A stretch of DNA of 42,461 nt from a virus. The position numbers and the translations under genes are program-made. This document shows, in pieces, positions 6,374 to 16,769 of the stretch (the stretch's first letter is position 1; every line of letters starts with the position of its first letter). The notes beneath the pieces are model-generated. The model had not been told where the DNA came from and searched no databases. It saw nothing but the letters and a program-made list of their open reading frames with translations. The DNA lies in IMG/VR virus record IMGVR_UViG_3300005077_000099, positions 1 through 42,461 of that record. The stretch is one strand, 5' to 3'.

Positions 6374-6760
6374 ATGGATAATACATTTGAAATTGGTACT
6401 ATTGCTAAAGGTTCTAATGATTTCATTAACAAGTATTTAAAGGTCTCAGAGTTTGACTGTCATTGCACTCTCAGTACTTGTAATAGAACTCTGGTAAATA
6501 GGAGGACAGTTTCTTCATTCCAATTACTTAGAGAATATTTCGGTAAACCGATATTGGTTAACAGTGCCTACCGTTGCCAGCAACACAATGCTAGTATTGG
6601 TGGGAAAGTTAATAGCTATCATTTATTGGGGGCGGCTATGGACATTAGACCAAAGGACCCATTAGACTATTATTCTTTATTGATATTGGCAGAAAAGTTT
6701 TTCGATGTTGTAATACCATATAAAGAGGACGGATTTATACACGTTCATCAATTATCGTAG
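6374..6760 (+). CDS. Peptidase M15-type (zinc D-Ala-D-Ala carboxypeptidase fold) endolysin
   Basis: Motifs NSAYRCQQHN, SYHLLGAAMD and DGFIHVH supply H, D, H zinc ligands. RBS AGGAG is present. Confidence 0.8.
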   Translation: MDNTFEIGTIAKGSNDFINKYLKVSEFDCHCTLSTCNRTLVNRRTVSSFQLLREYFGKPILVNSAYRCQQHNASIGGKVNSYHLLGAAMDIRPKDPLDYYSLLILAEKFFDVVIPYKEDGFIHVHQLS

Positions 6761-6770
6761 GAGATAGGAT

Positions 6771-6983
6771 ATGAGTTTAAATAAGAAAGAATTGGAAAAA
6801 GTTGCTCTAGTATTAGGGATTAAAGTTGGGAAGAAAAGTGCTAAAGCATTGGAAGAGGAAATTGAGGCGAAGTTAGCTCAGTTAAATTCTCCGTCGGTTA
6901 TAGTGGACGTAAGTCCTTCAGCAGATGAACAGCCTAAATCGTATAAGGGTAGACACCCTATTACTAAGGAAGTTTTACTATAA
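6771..6983 (+). CDS. Hypothetical protein (70 aa, Lys/Glu-rich)
   Basis: ORF with RBS GGAG and operon context. No TM segment, so it is not a holin. Confidence 0.55.
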   Translation: MSLNKKELEKVALVLGIKVGKKSAKALEEEIEAKLAQLNSPSVIVDVSPSADEQPKSYKGRHPITKEVLL

Positions 6984-7051
6984 AACATCAAAACGAAAAC
7001 CATAAGAGGTTTCTGGAATTTGAGAGATTTCGTACTCAGGTAGAGGATGAA

Positions 7052-8548
7052 ATGATGAGATTCTGGACTCCTCACGCTGGTCAAATCCCTGTAATGAGGG
7101 CGTTGTTCAGGGATTTCTATAGGTACATATTCCTACAATGTGGGCGAAAGTTCGGTAAAACCGAGTTCGTAATATTTTGTCTGTATATGTGGGCTATATT
7201 ATTCCCTGATTCCCAGATTTATTATATAGCGGATACTATGAAACACGCTGGGGAATTAGTTTGGAAAAACGGAAGATTACCATATTTCTTTAAAAAGCCT
7301 AAGCGTTGGCCAAATGAAACTATGGAACAGTTTCAGGAGAGAAGAAAGTTAGGGAGAATGCTCCATGATAAGTATATGGATGAACCTAATAATTCTGAAA
7401 TGAGGGTTAAGTTTAAGAATGGTAGCTTTATTAAGGTAGATGGTGCCGAAAGTTACGCCAATGCCGACGGTATTGAACCTGACTTAATGGCGTATGACGA
7501 ATTTAAAAGTCATGATCCAAGATTTCACGAAGCCATGGAACCCAACTTGAGAGTAAAGAAAGCTCCATTGTTGATAGTAGGTACTCCTCCTGAAGAACTT
7601 GGAACATATTACGAGAAAATTGCCAATATCTTTAAGAGGGTTAGTTATGGGAAATGGTTTAAGAGACCTTCCTATATGAACCCTATGTTATATCCTCTAG
7701 GAATAAATGACCCAGACTTTAAGGAAGAGTGCGAAAAGTACATCTATGCTGGGGATGAAGATGTAATGAGAAGGGAGCTTTTTGCCGAGATCGTGGTATC
7801 AGGATCTAAGGCTATATTCCCTGTATTGGAGTTACCAGAATTTAGTTATGAAGAGGATAAATATATAGGATATTCTAGGCACGTTAGATCTCATGCCGAA
7901 ATGTTAAAAGAAATACAGACGCGACCTAAGGATTGGGAGTTCCATATAGTTTATGATGCTGGTTCCGTCACTTGTTTCGCTGTACTTTTAGCGGCAGTTA
8001 ATAGATACGATAAGAGAATATTCCTAATGGACGAGATATATGAGACAGATCAGAGAAAGACATCTACAAGAGGTATATACCCACGAGCTATGCAGAAGGC
8101 GGCTGAGATATACAACTATGAACCATATTGGACGGAGACTTATGATAATGCAGCGGCTTGGTTTGCCAATGAAGTTGCGGACTTATATAACAAAGCTCTA
8201 TTCCCATGTACTAAAGATTTAAAGAATAAGGAAGCAAAGCTAGGGCAGATCAAGGATTTGCTAGTTTATGATAAGTTATTTATCTCAGAAAGATGCCAGA
8301 AATTGGTATGGGAGATGATAAACTATAGAAAAGACGAGAAAGGTAATATCCCTAAGGAAAATGACCACCTTATCGATTGCCTTAGATACCTAACCAATGC
8401 GTGCCATTATGATTTCTCTATATTAGAGCGGAAAGTCCTTGAAGATGATAGTAGAGGGCAGGCGTTGACATATAGTGGAGCCATGGAGGATGATAATGAC
8501 TATGAGTATGATTACGGACAAGTCATGTTAAAGGAGACATATGAATGA
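7052..8548 (+). CDS. terL: Terminase large subunit
   Basis: Walker A QCGRKFGKTEF, Walker B DLMAYDEF and the C-terminal nuclease motif ENDHLIDCLRYL. It lies just upstream of the portal gene. Confidence 0.85.
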   Translation: MMRFWTPHAGQIPVMRALFRDFYRYIFLQCGRKFGKTEFVIFCLYMWAILFPDSQIYYIADTMKHAGELVWKNGRLPYFFKKPKRWPNETMEQFQERRKLGRMLHDKYMDEPNNSEMRVKFKNGSFIKVDGAESYANADGIEPDLMAYDEFKSHDPRFHEAMEPNLRVKKAPLLIVGTPPEELGTYYEKIANIFKRVSYGKWFKRPSYMNPMLYPLGINDPDFKEECEKYIYAGDEDVMRRELFAEIVVSGSKAIFPVLELPEFSYEEDKYIGYSRHVRSHAEMLKEIQTRPKDWEFHIVYDAGSVTCFAVLLAAVNRYDKRIFLMDEIYETDQRKTSTRGIYPRAMQKAAEIYNYEPYWTETYDNAAAWFANEVADLYNKALFPCTKDLKNKEAKLGQIKDLLVYDKLFISERCQKLVWEMINYRKDEKGNIPKENDHLIDCLRYLTNACHYDFSILERKVLEDDSRGQALTYSGAMEDDNDYEYDYGQVMLKETYE

Positions 8549-8768
8549 AGTATCTTTAGTATTATCTATTGTTAGTATTCTATTTACTGGAATTACAGCC
8601 TTTTTTTCTATATTAGCTTATGCTAAAGTAGTAGGGATGGAAAAATCTACCCACCAGATACAATGGGTGCCAGTAGATAACGAAGGTAAAACTGGTAAAG
8701 ACTTAGACAAAGATATGTATTCTGCGTTTGGCTATAAGAACGAAGATCAGGAATCAATCATACCTTAA
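8541..8768 (+). CDS. Small membrane protein (75 aa, one N-terminal TM); weak holin candidate
   Basis: TM segment VSLVLSIVSILFTGITAFFSILAYAKVV. It overlaps the terL stop. Confidence 0.5.
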   Translation: MNEVSLVLSIVSILFTGITAFFSILAYAKVVGMEKSTHQIQWVPVDNEGKTGKDLDKDMYSAFGYKNEDQESIIP

Positions 8769-8779
8769 GGGGATAAATA

Positions 8780-10867
8780 ATGGGAATTGAAACTTTTGAC
8801 GATTTTAATGACGGTCAATTAGGGTCTACTTATGATGAAGTAAAACCTTTTGCATTTAGAGATAAAACTGATGAAGAAGGGACTTTAGAATGGCTTATTG
8901 CGGATTTTGATCAGATAGAGAAGGATTCTCAATCTAGATTTATTTCATATCAAAGATGGAGTGCTTTATATAAGGGTATCCATTGGAGAAATCTTAACTC
9001 TAGGGACGATACTCGTAACCTAGAATCTTCTGACAAGAAACCAAGGATGGTTAACAACTTTATCATGGAGTTTATTGATGCTCGTGTCGCTCAGATGTCT
9101 AGATTGGGAGTAAATTTTACTGCCATTCCTTGGAATGATGAGCAAGATGATATCAATAATGCGAAAGCTTGTCAGAAGCTTTTAAAAGCTAGAGCGGATC
9201 AGATAGATTTTGATAAAATCTGTAGAGATTCCGACAGAGTTAAATATAAATATGGAACTTCTTTCAAAGCTTTTAAATGGTGCGAAGATTTAGGTCCAAT
9301 TCACCCTAAATTTAAGAAACTATCTGAAATATATGAGGGAAATATTCCTACTAAGATTCTTAAGAAACTTAAGAAACAGAATATTAAGGTTGGGGATGTA
9401 GATGCTTATGTCCAAACTCCTGATAGAATCTTCCCTCAGTTACATAGAGAATGCTGGGAGAAGGTAGATTATCTCCATGAAGCGGAATGGGTAAATATCC
9501 ATGAATTAAAAGCGGAACATCCAGATAAAGCTATCTTAATGAAGGACAATAAACGAGTTTATTGGAACTTCAATACTAATGAAATGACTAAACCAGCAGA
9601 AATGATTATGGTTAGACATTTTTACCATAGACCAACCAAGTTTACTGCTGGGTGTTACATTAAGTATACTGACGATTGTATCCTTGAGTGGAAACAAGAG
9701 TACCCATATAAGCATGGTATGCTTCCATTTATTGTTGATAGAGATATAGAGATCGAAAATGAACTATGGGGTCGCCCATCTATCGGTCAGATTGAGCAAA
9801 TGCAAAGACATTACAATAATATAGAGTCATCTATCGCTAGAGACCTTGGTATCGGTTCAGCTCCTAAATGGTTAGTGCCTAAAGGTGCGGCTGATTTCAG
9901 ATCTATGAATAATGAGTTCACTATTATTGAGTTCAAAGGACCTACTCCTCCTCAATTAGTTAAAAATAATCCAGTTTCTTCTGATGCTTTAGCTATTCAG
10001 GACAGAATGGAGAAGAGGATGTCTAAACTTATGAAAGTTTACGATATCTCTAGAGGGGAAGTCCCAGCTGGGGTTACAGCTAACTCTGCTCTTCGTTTCT
10101 TAGATGAACAAGAGGGTCAGATTTTAGCAGACGACGAAAGAAAACGTAAAAAGAGTGTACTAAACTCCTACAAAATGATGCTTAACCTTATGGCTCAGTA
10201 TTATGATGAGGAAGATGGACGTATGCTAAGGATATTAGGTAAAGATAATACTCCTATGGCAGAGTCTATGGAGAAAGCGGACTTTACTCAAATCTATGAT
10301 ATCCAAATCCAAAATACTTCTGCCCTTCCTGATACTAAAACAGGGAAGATTGCAGCAATTATCGATTTAAATACTGCAACTCAGACTGATCCAGTGTTTG
10401 GAAGAGAAGATGTTATCAAGATGTTGGACTTAGGTATGGATGAGGCTTTTGTAGATCAGGCGACTATGTCTGTCAATGCAGCCAAAACTACTTTTGAAGA
10501 AATGGTTGCTGGTAAGCCAGTTCCTGAACCTCAAATGCATGATGACCTATTGCCCCACTATACTACTTTCTTTAGATTGATTCAAAGTTATCAATTTAAG
10601 ACAAAGACTAAGCCGAATATCCAACAGGCTATTTATCAGCACATTAAAACTCAGGAGGGGTTACTGTTCTTAAAAGCTTCGAAGAACCCTAAGTTAGCTA
10701 TGGAATTAGCTAATCTAGATTACTTCCCAAGTTTCTTTGAATTACCAGCACCAGCACCTATGGTTAGTGCTCCACAACAACAAATGAATGCGCCAGTGGA
10801 AACTGGAAAGATGACAAATACACAAAACGACATTAATGCTGCCAAGAAAGCGGAATCTGGGCAGTAA
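8780..10867 (+). CDS. Portal protein
   Basis: A 695-aa ORF between terminase and scaffold/capsid. The call rests on size and synteny, not on a motif. Confidence 0.7.
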   Translation: MGIETFDDFNDGQLGSTYDEVKPFAFRDKTDEEGTLEWLIADFDQIEKDSQSRFISYQRWSALYKGIHWRNLNSRDDTRNLESSDKKPRMVNNFIMEFIDARVAQMSRLGVNFTAIPWNDEQDDINNAKACQKLLKARADQIDFDKICRDSDRVKYKYGTSFKAFKWCEDLGPIHPKFKKLSEIYEGNIPTKILKKLKKQNIKVGDVDAYVQTPDRIFPQLHRECWEKVDYLHEAEWVNIHELKAEHPDKAILMKDNKRVYWNFNTNEMTKPAEMIMVRHFYHRPTKFTAGCYIKYTDDCILEWKQEYPYKHGMLPFIVDRDIEIENELWGRPSIGQIEQMQRHYNNIESSIARDLGIGSAPKWLVPKGAADFRSMNNEFTIIEFKGPTPPQLVKNNPVSSDALAIQDRMEKRMSKLMKVYDISRGEVPAGVTANSALRFLDEQEGQILADDERKRKKSVLNSYKMMLNLMAQYYDEEDGRMLRILGKDNTPMAESMEKADFTQIYDIQIQNTSALPDTKTGKIAAIIDLNTATQTDPVFGREDVIKMLDLGMDEAFVDQATMSVNAAKTTFEEMVAGKPVPEPQMHDDLLPHYTTFFRLIQSYQFKTKTKPNIQQAIYQHIKTQEGLLFLKASKNPKLAMELANLDYFPSFFELPAPAPMVSAPQQQMNAPVETGKMTNTQNDINAAKKAESGQ

Positions 10868-10881
10868 GAGCAGGAGGAAAG

Positions 10882-12126
10882 ATGACAATTGATACTTTTG
10901 ACAGTCCAGCAGTAGAAGAATCTGCTGGAAGCGGTTTAGACACTTTTGATGATGGGGATTACACAGACGGTACCTATGAAGAACAAGGACAAGATTCGGA
11001 AGAAGGACAAAAAGAAAGTAAAGGTGCCGAAGGAATCGACCCAGACTCCCAAGTCAACTTACTCGACGACCAAGAAGGGGAAGGAGAGAAAGAAGGAGAC
11101 AAAGGAGATGATGATAAGGGAGATAAAGAGTCTGATAACCCAGATGAGAAGTCCAAAGACGGACAATCAGACAAAAATGATGATAAGCCTGAGGTTACAG
11201 AGCCTACAGGAAAGGTTGTTAAAATCTTTAAAGATGGCAAAGGATATGAAGTCCCACAAGAAGGAACAGTCAGAGTAAAAGTAAACGGAAAGAATGAATT
11301 GGTTCCTGTTCAAGAATTAATTAACAATTATTCTGGAAAAACAGCATGGGATACTAAGTTTACTGAGCTATCTAAAGAGAAAGATGCCTATAAGCAAGAA
11401 TTTGAACAATACACTCAAGAAAAAGAGTATATTCAGAATCAATTAAGAGAAGTTCGTGGTCTAGCAGAAAAAGCTTTATCAGGGAAAGCAAATCCTCTTG
11501 ACTTTGTACACAATTTACTTGACCAGATGAACATTAACTCTTATGATTTCAATAAGGCATTGCGTAGCCATTTGGCTGAGGAGTTCGAGTTATTCTCTGA
11601 AATGACCGAAGCTGAAAGGGAAGCGTACTGGCTTAAGCAGAAAACAGAGTATCTTGAGCGAAAGCAAGAGACCTCAATGAAGCAACTGAATGATAGGAAA
11701 ACCCAAGAGGAACTTATCAGAAGAGTTGACTCCTTAAGGCAAACTCATGGCGTAAGTGAAGATCAATATGTTTCTGCCTTTAATGACTTGTCAGAGCTAG
11801 GGTACAAAGAAATTTCACCTGAGCAAATCGTGAAATACGCAGTAATGGTAGAGCCAACTGCTAAAGCCGAATCGCTAGTGGAACCATACCTAGATCAATT
11901 AAGTGATGAAGGTGCAGATGAACTTATTGTTTCGATAGCTAAAATGCTATATGAGGACAAAAGCCTAACACCAGAACAAGTCAAAAAATATTTAGCAGAG
12001 GAATTTGAAGTGGAAACTTTAGTTTCTGAGCTAAACAGTAAGGTGGTCAAGGAAGACCCTAAGCCTTTTAAGGCTAAGAACACGGATGCTTCAAAGTACG
12101 AAAGTTTTGACGACTTCGAATATTAA
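10882..12126 (+). CDS. Scaffolding protein candidate
   Basis: Lies between portal and capsid. It has a highly acidic low-complexity N-terminus (DDQEGEGEKEGDKGDDDKGDKESD) and a coiled-coil-like remainder. It ends SFDDFEY. Confidence 0.55.
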   Translation: MTIDTFDSPAVEESAGSGLDTFDDGDYTDGTYEEQGQDSEEGQKESKGAEGIDPDSQVNLLDDQEGEGEKEGDKGDDDKGDKESDNPDEKSKDGQSDKNDDKPEVTEPTGKVVKIFKDGKGYEVPQEGTVRVKVNGKNELVPVQELINNYSGKTAWDTKFTELSKEKDAYKQEFEQYTQEKEYIQNQLREVRGLAEKALSGKANPLDFVHNLLDQMNINSYDFNKALRSHLAEEFELFSEMTEAEREAYWLKQKTEYLERKQETSMKQLNDRKTQEELIRRVDSLRQTHGVSEDQYVSAFNDLSELGYKEISPEQIVKYAVMVEPTAKAESLVEPYLDQLSDEGADELIVSIAKMLYEDKSLTPEQVKKYLAEEFEVETLVSELNSKVVKEDPKPFKAKNTDASKYESFDDFEY

Positions 12127-12143
12127 TTTTAAGGAGGACTATT

Positions 12144-13439
12144 ATGTCATTAGCAGATGGAAAATTCAGCTTAGCAGAACAAGTGAACTTGTTCAAAATT
12201 AACTACTACAAAAAATCAGAGAATATGTATAACTCTGAGAACGTACTTCAAGGTCGTGTTAAAAAGAAATATGACTTTGTTGGTAAGCAAAGATTCGTTT
12301 CAACTCCATTGAGTTTCTCAGGGGGTATTGGTTCTGGTAAATTACCAAAGTCTAACTCTGGTAAATACGAGGGAGCAATCATCCTTTCTAAAAAGGTATA
12401 TGCTACTTGTGAACTAGAAAGAGAAGCAATCCACGCTTCTAAAGGTGACGCTGGTGCTTTCGTTCAAGCAACAAAAGAAACAGTAAAGAAAACTGTAGAA
12501 TCTCACATGAGAAATGCTTCTCGTATCCTTTTTGGAGACGGTTCAGGTATTCTTGGACGTGGGGATGGAGCTACTAACGTAACTGGTTTAGGTACAGAAG
12601 CTTCTCCATATGTTGTTACTATCAGTGCTGCTTCTTGGAAAGAAGCAAACATGGAAGAAAGAGATTTCGTTCAAGTTGTTTCTGGTATGAACGCATGGCC
12701 AAATAATGCTGGTGGTGCTGCTGAAGGTGGTCAAACTGAGACTAACCTTTTAGAGATCGTTGAAGTTTTAGTTGATAGTAAGCAAGTAAAACTAGTAGGT
12801 ACTTCAGCTATTTTAGCTGCTGCTGCTGCTGGTCCTGCTGCTCTTCCAGCTACTTCTGGTCTTTGTATGCAAAAATCATACTTACAAGACCCAAGTGGTT
12901 TAAAAACTATCTTTGATGCAGCTGTTGCAAACGATGGTAGATCTATCTACAACATCCCAACTCAAAGAAGATGGAAAGCTTTCGTACACAATGCAAACGG
13001 AAAAGGGATTACAACTGACCTTATGAATTTAGTTGTTCTTCAAATTCAACGTGCAATGGGTACAAATATCAACTTAATCATGGCTGGATACGAGCAATAT
13101 AGAAATATTCTTGCTCTTCTTGAAGACCAAAAAGTATACAACCTACCAAACAAAAACCTTAAAGGTCACATGGGCTTTGAAGGGATTGAATATGTTGGCG
13201 CTGGTGGTGTTAGATGTGCAATCTTCTTAGACAGATTTGCTGAGAAAGATCAAGTTGCTTTCTTAAATGATAGCTACATCGAAGTTCACCACAGGCCAGG
13301 ATTTGGATGGTTTGATGATGACGGAACTGTGTTCTTACGTATCACTGGTGAAGATGCTTATGGTGCTAGATACGGTGGATACTACGAAAACTTCATCACT
13401 CCAACTGCTCACGGGTTCTTATACAACCTAGCTGTGTAG
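12144..13439 (+). CDS. Major capsid protein
   Basis: A 431-aa ORF after the scaffold with the strong RBS AAGGAGG. Codon usage looks like a highly expressed gene, and a terminator follows. Confidence 0.7.
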   Translation: MSLADGKFSLAEQVNLFKINYYKKSENMYNSENVLQGRVKKKYDFVGKQRFVSTPLSFSGGIGSGKLPKSNSGKYEGAIILSKKVYATCELEREAIHASKGDAGAFVQATKETVKKTVESHMRNASRILFGDGSGILGRGDGATNVTGLGTEASPYVVTISAASWKEANMEERDFVQVVSGMNAWPNNAGGAAEGGQTETNLLEIVEVLVDSKQVKLVGTSAILAAAAAGPAALPATSGLCMQKSYLQDPSGLKTIFDAAVANDGRSIYNIPTQRRWKAFVHNANGKGITTDLMNLVVLQIQRAMGTNINLIMAGYEQYRNILALLEDQKVYNLPNKNLKGHMGFEGIEYVGAGGVRCAIFLDRFAEKDQVAFLNDSYIEVHHRPGFGWFDDDGTVFLRITGEDAYGARYGGYYENFITPTAHGFLYNLAV

Positions 13440-13464
13440 TGGATTTGTCATCCGTACGCTCATA

Positions 13465-13495
13465 GGGGAGGGGAGAAATTCCTTCCCCATTTTAT
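13465..13495 (+). terminator. Rho-independent terminator after the capsid gene
   Basis: Stem ggggaggg / ccttcccc (7 Watson-Crick pairs plus 1 GU), an 8-nt loop, then attttat. Confidence 0.6.
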
Positions 13496-13537
13496 AAACA
13501 AGGGTTCCGATAATCCCTAAAATCGAGGAGAAAAAAA

Positions 13538-13897
13538 ATGAAACCAGTACTTTCTAGAGGCATTAAATCTGCCCAACTTAAAATGAGATTAATCGCAGTT
13601 GCAGTAAGCGGTACAGCTGGTACTCCAGCGGCTTCTGGATTTGACGAGTCTCAAATCGAATCAGTAGTTGATAATGGTACAGGAGACTATACTATTATCC
13701 TTAAGAAACCATTCGAATCAGACTTAGCTGACAACTGTCAAGCTATGGTTCAGTCTTTAACAGCTGGTATCATGACTCAAGTTTCTGCTGTTGATTATGA
13801 CAGAGTAACAGTTAAGTGTTTTGATGATGCTGGAGCTGCTGCTGACGCTGATTTATTTGTTTGGATTCTTGGTTGCGACCATAGATTTACACACTAG
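13538..13897 (+). CDS. Hypothetical virion-module protein (119 aa)
   Basis: RBS GAGGAG. Positioned after the capsid gene. Confidence 0.6.
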   Translation: MKPVLSRGIKSAQLKMRLIAVAVSGTAGTPAASGFDESQIESVVDNGTGDYTIILKKPFESDLADNCQAMVQSLTAGIMTQVSAVDYDRVTVKCFDDAGAAADADLFVWILGCDHRFTH

Positions 13898-13904
13898 GTT
13901 CTAA

Positions 13905-14087
13905 ATGAATAGAAATGAACACGATCAATTGATGGGTCTCATACTTACTGAGATCCGTCAAAATCGTCAAGAGATTCAAGAACTACGAAAAGAAATTTGG
14001 TCTTTAAAGGCTAGATTTATGCTTATAGCTATGTCTTTTGGACTAGCTGGTGGTAAAATATCACAAGTATTTTCATTCTTGGGGTAG
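13905..14087 (+). CDS. Small protein with C-terminal TM (60 aa)
   Basis: The ORF fills the gap. It has the hydrophobic segment FMLIAMSFGLAGG. The RBS is weak. Confidence 0.4.
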   Translation: MNRNEHDQLMGLILTEIRQNRQEIQELRKEIWSLKARFMLIAMSFGLAGGKISQVFSFLG

Positions 14088-14094
14088 GTGATTA

Positions 14095-14466
14095 ATGGCT
14101 GGAAAATATGATATGTCTATATTACAGGGATCAGACTTCACATTAGGTCTAACCCTTAAAGATTCTACTGGGACTCCAATAGATCTAACTGGACACACAT
14201 TTAGTGGACAAATTAGAAAAACGGCTAGTGATCCTGTTATTCAGGCATCTTTTAGTTTTGTAGTATTGGATCAAATTACAGATACAGGTAGGGTTGACGT
14301 TAAATTATCTGCGGCTAATTCTTCTGCTATTATATTAGAAAAATCAAAGAGTGCTGTTAGGGCAATAACCACTATGACTTACGATATTGAGTCGGTTGAT
14401 GGTGGGGGAGCTATAACTAGATGGTTAGAGGGAGTAGTTAAACTATCTCCAGAGGTTACTAAGTAA
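14095..14466 (+). CDS. Ig-like (BppU_N-like) virion protein
   Basis: LQGSDFTLGLTLKDSTGTPIDLTGHTFSGQIRK matches a pattern typical of phage Ig-like fibre or decoration domains. This is from memory and unverified. Confidence 0.5.
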   Translation: MAGKYDMSILQGSDFTLGLTLKDSTGTPIDLTGHTFSGQIRKTASDPVIQASFSFVVLDQITDTGRVDVKLSAANSSAIILEKSKSAVRAITTMTYDIESVDGGGAITRWLEGVVKLSPEVTK

Positions 14467-14468
14467 GG

Positions 14469-15065
14469 ATGAGTGAATTCACCGTAGTTGTAGTACAGGA
14501 TTTAAAAGAAGTCAGTACTACACAAGAAGAAAAGACGGTGCAGATTTCCCCTGCATCGGACTCGGTGGTAGAGGTTGTACAACCTGTTTCCGAGGTAGCC
14601 GTTTCTGAACAAGCGGTTTATCTTGATATTATTCAAAGTCCTGCTTACAATATAGAAATCATAGAGTCCGTAGATGGTGGATGCTGTGATTTAAGTAATG
14701 TTGATATTCCAGCACTTACTTTAACTAAAATCTACTCTGAGACTATTTCTGCTTTGAAATTAGTCACAGCAAGTGGACCAACTACGGTTAAAGTGGGTAC
14801 TCCAGACACTTTTGAGAACGCAAAAATAATGGGCGTTGCACTTCAAGGTGGGATTACTGGATTTGCTGGAAGAGTGCATATTTTGGGAATACTAGAAGAT
14901 CCTGCGTTTAATTTTCCTGTTAATTCAGATTTATATCTGGGTTCTTCAGGAGAGATAACTGATCTTGCTCCATCCACATCTGGAGAGTATTCTATAAACG
15001 TAGGTTATTCGCTCGGAACAGGGGCGATATTTATAAAAATAGGTGAACCAATTTTGTTAAGCTAA
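14469..15065 (+). CDS. Hypothetical virion-module protein (198 aa)
   Basis: ORF in the tight late operon. Confidence 0.55.
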   Translation: MSEFTVVVVQDLKEVSTTQEEKTVQISPASDSVVEVVQPVSEVAVSEQAVYLDIIQSPAYNIEIIESVDGGCCDLSNVDIPALTLTKIYSETISALKLVTASGPTTVKVGTPDTFENAKIMGVALQGGITGFAGRVHILGILEDPAFNFPVNSDLYLGSSGEITDLAPSTSGEYSINVGYSLGTGAIFIKIGEPILLS

Positions 15066-15075
15066 GGAGAATGGT

Positions 15076-15576
15076 ATGTCTAACAATGGTAAATTTATCA
15101 ACTTGGAAAACGGTAAGCTAAAACAAAATGATGCTATCGTTGCTTCTGTCGGTGCCCCAGACGCTGACAAAATCATTAAATTGGATTCTTCTGGGAGAAT
15201 CGATTCATCTGTACTTCCTGTTGGGGTTGGTCCAGACGTTAAAGTAATGGTTGCTTCTGAGGATCTTACCGCAGGTGACTATGTTAACATTTGGAATGAT
15301 GGTGGTACTGAAAAAGCTAGATTAGCTGACGCTTCTAACGGTCGTGATGCTCACGGATTTGTGAAGGCTGCTGCACTTACAGCTGCTAACGCGACGGTCT
15401 ATTTTGAAGGTCCGAATGATGATCTTACAGGTTTGACACCAGGCGCAAGATACTATTTAGACACAGCTGGTTCAGTAGTTTCTACTCCAAGAACAACTGG
15501 TTTACATCAGTTTGTTGGAATTGCAGTAGATCCTAATACTATCAATACAGATATTGATGACTGTGTAGTTTTATAA
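15076..15576 (+). CDS. Hypothetical virion-module protein (166 aa)
   Basis: RBS AAGGAG and operon context. Confidence 0.55.
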   Translation: MSNNGKFINLENGKLKQNDAIVASVGAPDADKIIKLDSSGRIDSSVLPVGVGPDVKVMVASEDLTAGDYVNIWNDGGTEKARLADASNGRDAHGFVKAAALTAANATVYFEGPNDDLTGLTPGARYYLDTAGSVVSTPRTTGLHQFVGIAVDPNTINTDIDDCVVL

Positions 15577-15582
15577 TTAGTA

Positions 15583-15858
15583 ATGATTAGAAAAGCAATA
15601 GTTCTTATTGATGGAAAATTCCACCAATTACCCTCTGGCGATACGCTGGAGGGTGTTGTTGGTATTGATAAGACCATAACTACCTATTTAGATGAATTAA
15701 TCTTAGGTTCTTTAGCAGAGCATATAGTAGGTTTAAATAGAGAATTTCAAATTATTGATACAGGGTTCTTTCGAACTCACACAATTAATGGTACCCTTGT
15801 CGTAGAGGAAAATGCAGAATATATTATAGGACAGGGTATGGAGGTAGAATTGATATGA
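15583..15858 (+). CDS. Hypothetical protein (91 aa)
   Basis: The ORF fills the operon gap. No clear RBS. Confidence 0.45.
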   Translation: MIRKAIVLIDGKFHQLPSGDTLEGVVGIDKTITTYLDELILGSLAEHIVGLNREFQIIDTGFFRTHTINGTLVVEENAEYIIGQGMEVELI

Positions 15859-16766
15859 GTTACCATAGATTATTTCATGTGGCAGAGCCGTCAACTCCTC
15901 CAGCTGGTACTAGTAGACTATACGTAGGATTAGATAAAATCTTTAAATCTAAAGACGATGCTGGAGTTATAAGACAGCACTCATTACCTGTTGGTAGCAA
16001 TGGAGACGCTTTAGTATATAACGAAACAACTGGATTGTGGGAGTCAAGCCAACAGTCAATCGCTTATTTTGCAAAGTCAGAATTTCTTGAGGATTGGGGC
16101 GGAAACTCAACGGCAGGTTCATTCAATTGGGATACTGACACAGCATCAAGTGGTTCAGCCTCATCCATTCAACCATTCCCAATTTCAACAGATAAAAGAT
16201 ACGGAAGAATAAGATATAGAATATCAGGAACTAACGCATCAAGAGCGGGAAGCGATAGAGGGGCACCAGAATTATCAATTGGTGCATCAGAAGTTAAAGT
16301 TGTAACAAATAATTTTTTTACAACAGAATTTTTAAACCCAGCAAATAACTGCGAGTTTCAAACTGGATTAGGATCTAATGGGTCTGATGCAACGACAAGC
16401 TTTCAGACTGATGGTGTTTATTTTAGAATAAATTCAGATGGAAGCGTAGACGGTATTTGTTCAGATGGTGGGGTTAATACTGTTTCAACAGGGATTGTAA
16501 GTATATTAAGTGAAAGATGGTACAGATTTGAAATAGATATTAATTCTACTGGAACACAGGCAACATTTAAAGTTTATGAAACTTACGATAATGGTACACC
16601 ACCAAGTTTGTTGGCATCAACAACAATTAGTTCTAACTTACCACCAGCAACCGCAAACATCGGAACGTACAATATATTAAGGCATACGGCTGCTGGTGTT
16701 GCTGCAACCAATGATGTGTGGCAAGACTATTTTTATCTTAGAGTTTTATACTCTTTTGAGAGGTAA
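15855..16766 (+). CDS. Hypothetical fibre or jelly-roll-like virion protein (303 aa)
   Basis: Has a 4-nt overlap with the upstream gene. The composition is Ser/Thr/Gly/Asn-rich and beta-rich. Confidence 0.55.
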   Translation: MSYHRLFHVAEPSTPPAGTSRLYVGLDKIFKSKDDAGVIRQHSLPVGSNGDALVYNETTGLWESSQQSIAYFAKSEFLEDWGGNSTAGSFNWDTDTASSGSASSIQPFPISTDKRYGRIRYRISGTNASRAGSDRGAPELSIGASEVKVVTNNFFTTEFLNPANNCEFQTGLGSNGSDATTSFQTDGVYFRINSDGSVDGICSDGGVNTVSTGIVSILSERWYRFEIDINSTGTQATFKVYETYDNGTPPSLLASTTISSNLPPATANIGTYNILRHTAAGVAATNDVWQDYFYLRVLYSFER

Positions 16767-16769
16767 TGA

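Noticed and set aside
6984-7051. Small hairpin (aaacc-ataaga-ggttt) between the 70-aa gene and terL
   Set aside because: It has only a 5-bp stem and no T-tract, which is too weak to call a terminator or attenuator.
10946-11278. Nested ORFs 10946..11278 (+) and 10974..11240 (-) inside the scaffold gene
   Set aside because: They are produced by the GA-rich low-complexity acidic region. They have no RBS and are fully embedded in a gene with strong synteny support.
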